A program made the position numbers and the translations under genes. Below, one piece after another: positions 60,800-64,000 of a stretch of DNA of 64,000 nucleotides (its first letter is position 1; each line of letters opens with the position of its first letter). This stretch comes from Acidobacteriota bacterium. GTDB lineage: Bacteria; Acidobacteriota; UBA4820; DSQY01. The stretch is from the NCBI GenBank assembly GCA_049967655.1, contig JBMFSH010000001.1:117836-181835 (forward strand), in the 5' to 3' direction. A model generated the notes under the pieces. It saw nothing but the letters and a program-made list of their open reading frames with translations, was not told the origin of the DNA and searched no databases.

Positions 60800-61545
60800 A
60801 GCGTGTGATTCCTTGCCTGGACGTGACGGCGGGCGGCGTCGTCAAGGGGGTGCGGTTCGAGGGGCTGCGGCGCGTGGGCGATCCCGTGGAGCTGGCAGCC
60901 CGCTACGACGCGGAGGGGGCCGACGAGCTGGTCTTTCTGGACGTGAGCGCCACGGTGGAGGGGCGGCGCCCCCTCCTTTCCATCCTGGAGCGGGTGGCCG
61001 AGCGGGTCTTCCTGCCGGTCACGGCGGGGGGAGGCGTGGACAGCGTCGAGGCCATGCGGGCCATGCTCCTGGCGGGCGCCGACAAGGTGGCCGTCAACTC
61101 GGCCGCCGTGGAGCGGCCCGAGCTGTTGTCCGAGGCGGCGGAGCGCTTCGGCTGCCAGTGCGTTGTGCTCGCCGTGGACGCGCGCCGCCGGCCGGGCGGC
61201 GGGTGGGAGGTGGTGACCCGGGCGGGGACGCGGCCCACGGGCCTGGACGCCCTCGAGTGGGCCTCCCGCGCCGAGGGGCTCGGCGCCGGCGAACTGCTGG
61301 TGACCTCCATGGACGCCGACGGCACGCTCGCCGGCTTCGATTGCGCCCTCTACCGGGCCCTCGCCGGCGCCACGCGCCTTCCCCTCATCGCCTCCGGCGG
61401 GGCGGGCTCGCCGGAGCACTTCCGCGACGCCTTGGAAGCCGGCGCCGACGCGATCCTCGCCGCCTCCCTCTTCCACGAGGAGAGGCTCTCCATTCCCGAT
61501 CTGAAGCAGGCCCTCGCTCGGTGGGGCCAGGAGGTTCGACTGTGA
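60796..61545 (+). CDS. hisF: Imidazole glycerol phosphate synthase cyclase subunit
   Basis: [32 protein letters not shown]. Confidence 0.97.
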   Translation: MKRVIPCLDVTAGGVVKGVRFEGLRRVGDPVELAARYDAEGADELVFLDVSATVEGRRPLLSILERVAERVFLPVTAGGGVDSVEAMRAMLLAGADKVAVNSAAVERPELLSEAAERFGCQCVVLAVDARRRPGGGWEVVTRAGTRPTGLDALEWASRAEGLGAGELLVTSMDADGTLAGFDCALYRALAGATRLPLIASGGAGSPEHFRDALEAGADAILAASLFHEERLSIPDLKQALARWGQEVRL

Positions 61546-62147
61546 AACCCGACTTCGAGAAGACCCCGCTCGTGCCCGCCGTGGTCCAGGAGGCGCTGAC
61601 GGGCGAGGTGAGGATGCTCGGCTACATGGACCGAGAGGCGTACGAGAAAACCCGCCAGACCGGCGAGCTCCACCTCCACTCGCGCTCCCGGAACAGGCTC
61701 TGGCGCAAGGGGGAGAGCTCGGGCCACGTGCACCGGGTGGTGGGCATGAGCGCCGACTGCGACGGCGACGCCTTGCTCGTGGCCGTCCGCCCATCGGGCC
61801 CCACCTGCCACACGGGGGCGCCGAGCTGCTTCTTCGAGGGCCTCTCCGGCTCCACGGGGGCGGGGAGTCTCTCGCGCCTCGAAGCCACGGTGGCCAGCCG
61901 GAAGGCCGAGAGGCCGGAGGGCTCCTACACCGCCCGCCTCTTCTCGGCGGGCACGGCCCGCATCGCCCAGAAGGTGGGCGAGGAGGCCGTGGAGGCCGTG
62001 GTGGCCGCCCTCGCGCAGGATCGGGAGGCGCTCGTCGCCGAGTCGGCCGACCTCCTCTACCACCTGGTGGTCCTCTGGGCCGACCGGGGTGTGGCGCTGG
62101 CCGACGTGCTGGCAGAGTTGGAGCGCCGGGCGGGAGGTTCGCCGTGA
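61542..62147 (+). CDS. hisIE: Bifunctional PR-AMP cyclohydrolase/PR-ATP pyrophosphatase
   Basis: [31 protein letters not shown]. Confidence 0.95.
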   Translation: MKPDFEKTPLVPAVVQEALTGEVRMLGYMDREAYEKTRQTGELHLHSRSRNRLWRKGESSGHVHRVVGMSADCDGDALLVAVRPSGPTCHTGAPSCFFEGLSGSTGAGSLSRLEATVASRKAERPEGSYTARLFSAGTARIAQKVGEEAVEAVVAALAQDREALVAESADLLYHLVVLWADRGVALADVLAELERRAGGSP

Positions 62148-63145
62148 CCGCCTCCGGGGCCCTGAGCCCCGGCCTGTGGACGGCGGATGCCGCGCGGCTG
62201 CGCCGCATGGAGCGCGCCCTCCTGGATCTCTGGGCCGGCGAGGGTTACGCGGAGGTCGTGCCCCCGCTCCTGCTGCCCGAGGCCCCGGTTCGGGCCGCCT
62301 CGCCCGAGGCCCTGGCCTCGCGGACCCTCCGCCTGGACGCCAACGGCGAAGGGCCGTTGGCCCTGCGCGCCGACTTCACGGCCGGGGTGGCCCTCATGGC
62401 CGCGCGGCGCCTGGAGCGCCTCGGCGGGCCTCAGCGCCTCTGCTACGCTGGGACGGTGGTGCGCCGGCCCGCGGCCGACCGCCCCGAGGGGATCGAGACC
62501 TTCCAGGCGGGTTGCGAGCGGCTTTCTCCGGAGACCGGGCCGGAGGGGGACGAGGAGGTGGCCCTGCTGGCCGCGCGCAGTCTGGCAACCCTCGGCCTCC
62601 GGGAGGTGGTCCTGGAGCTTGGCCACTGGGGGATCGTGGGGCCGCTGATGGAGAGCCTTCCCTGGCCCGAGGCGGCGCGCGAGGAGCTGGAGCAGGCCCT
62701 CAACCGGAAGAGCAGACCCGCCTTGGAGTCTCTGGTGGGACGCTACGGAGAGTGCCCGGAGGCGCGGCTCCTGGTGCGCCTCCTCCACCTGGGAGGGAGG
62801 TCGGAGGCGGTGGAGAGCCTGGCGGCGGACCTCGACGCCGCCGGGGTTCTGGGTGCGTGGCTGGAGCTTCGGACCCTCGCGGCCGCGCTGGGCAAGGCCT
62901 TCCCCGGGCTGCCCGTGCGCCTCGACCCCACCGACGTGCGCCACTGGAGCTACTACACGGGCCTCACGCTCAAGGCTTTCAGCCGGCGCCACCCCTTCGC
63001 CCTCCTCTCGGGCGGCCGCTACGATTCGCTCTACCCCGCCCTCGGACGCCCCTTCGGCGCCTGCGGCTTCGCCCTCCACCTGGACAGGCTGCTGGAGGTG
63101 GAGCGGGGCCCGTCGGCCGGGCCGGACACGGAAGGAGGGTTCTGA
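62144..63145 (+). CDS. hisZ: ATP phosphoribosyltransferase regulatory subunit
   Basis: LRADFT, QAGCE, YYTG, GGRYD, GFAL. Confidence 0.9.
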   Translation: MTASGALSPGLWTADAARLRRMERALLDLWAGEGYAEVVPPLLLPEAPVRAASPEALASRTLRLDANGEGPLALRADFTAGVALMAARRLERLGGPQRLCYAGTVVRRPAADRPEGIETFQAGCERLSPETGPEGDEEVALLAARSLATLGLREVVLELGHWGIVGPLMESLPWPEAAREELEQALNRKSRPALESLVGRYGECPEARLLVRLLHLGGRSEAVESLAADLDAAGVLGAWLELRTLAAALGKAFPGLPVRLDPTDVRHWSYYTGLTLKAFSRRHPFALLSGGRYDSLYPALGRPFGACGFALHLDRLLEVERGPSAGPDTEGGF

Positions 63146-63768
63146 TGCCCCGCATCGCCCTCACCAAGGGCCGCCTGCTGGAACCAGCGCTGGCCTGGCT
63201 TTCGGAGAAGGGCTTCGCCCGCCCCGACCTGGCCGGCAGGGCGCTTTGCCTGCCCCTCGGGCGCGGCTGGGAGGCCGTGCTGCTCAAGGGCCCCGACGTG
63301 GCCGTCTTCGTCCAGAACGGCGCGGCGGACCTCGGCATCGTGGGCTCGGACGTCCTGGAGGAGGACCGGCCCGACGTCTACGACCTGCGAGACCTCCCCT
63401 TCGGCCGCTGCCGCCTGAGCCTCGCCGCCCCGGTGGGGAGCGAGGCCCTGTCCGGCCAGACGCCGCTGCGCGTGGCCACCAAGTACCCCCGAACCGCCGA
63501 GAGGCTCCTCGCCGCCCGGGGCCTCTGGGTTCGCCTCATCCGGGTCACCTCCTCCGTGGAGCTGGCCCCCCTGCTCGGACTCTCGGAGGCCATCGTGGAC
63601 CTCGTGGACACGGGCGGCACCCTGCGCGAGAACGGCCTCCAGGAAGTGAGCGTCCTGCTTCCCGTCCAGTCCCACCTCATCGCCAACCGCGGCGCCTACC
63701 GGTTCCTCCAGGAACCCTGGTGGGAGGAGGAGCCAGGCCCGCCCCCCGCCCGTCAGCACGGCGGCTGA
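63145..63768 (+). CDS. hisG: ATP phosphoribosyltransferase, short form
   Basis: IALTKGRL, DLGIVG.D, VATKYP, VELAP, IVDLVDTGGTLRENGL. Confidence 0.95.
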   Translation: MPRIALTKGRLLEPALAWLSEKGFARPDLAGRALCLPLGRGWEAVLLKGPDVAVFVQNGAADLGIVGSDVLEEDRPDVYDLRDLPFGRCRLSLAAPVGSEALSGQTPLRVATKYPRTAERLLAARGLWVRLIRVTSSVELAPLLGLSEAIVDLVDTGGTLRENGLQEVSVLLPVQSHLIANRGAYRFLQEPWWEEEPGPPPARQHGG

Positions 63769-63849
63769 AACCGCAGGAGGCTTCTCCAGCATCCGGATGG
63801 CGAGGGCGCGCGGCCCGGAGAGCCTGAAAGTCGCTGGGTCCAAATTCAA

Positions 63850-63899
63850 AGCGAGACGCCCCCTCTTCGGTGTCGGGACGCGCCCTCTTCCGTCTCGCT
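63850..63899. other. Hairpin downstream of hisG
   Basis: AGCGAGACG ... CGTCTCGCT inverted repeat; no clear U-tract. Confidence 0.4.
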
Positions 63900-63931
63900 C
63901 CTTGGCCCTGCCGGTCTGTCGACCCCGAATT

Positions 63932-64000
63932 CCGCGATGGAAACGCGGGTGCCTTCGGCTACGGGTCGGGTTCACGGGGGAAAGGCGTTGTCTCCTGGAC
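63932..64000. mobile_element. Structured dispersed repeat, copy 2 (inverted, truncated by window end)
   Basis: 63 of 69 nt identical to the reverse complement of 42194-42262. Confidence 0.8.

Overview
High-GC bacterial chromosomal segment, densely coding and mostly on the + strand. It is probably Acidobacteriota-like (inference from a short PheT lacking the B2 domain, a sulfatase-TPR and a DUF6982-like gene). Contents in order: an ACT/DUF711 pair, RidA, a sigma54 two-component system with a lipoprotein and a divergent target, lepA, pheST-zapB-zapA-rny-ymdB, a PilB/GspE-like ATPase, DUF6982 and TPR-Clp ATPase trio, a B12 radical SAM, a LipM/LplA-type ligase, ALDH, envelope enzymes, an 11-heme cytochrome c/cytochrome b fusion, DUF374-yicC-gmk-rpoZ, phoH-7TM-HD-ybeY-corC, an ArsR-feoB-Cys-rich-DtxR locus, and a complete his operon. 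No rRNA, tRNA, CRISPR array or transposase was recognised. The most notable signals are: (1) five intact ORFs within about 16.5 kb whose catalytic motifs are specifically degenerate (RNase Y, PilB-like, Clp D1 ring, 2-hydroxyacyl-CoA dehydratase-like, alpha/beta hydrolase); (2) a DUF374 gene whose conserved C-terminus lies in the -1 frame after an A9 run; (3) a ~274-bp structured element bounded by inverted repeats, present twice in the window; (4) an unannotated His4 leader peptide and attenuator; (5) twin palindromic boxes at the pheS promoter; (6) 7/8-mer tandem arrays in intergenic regions. All family assignments and motif comparisons were made by eye from remembered consensus sequences, without database searches.
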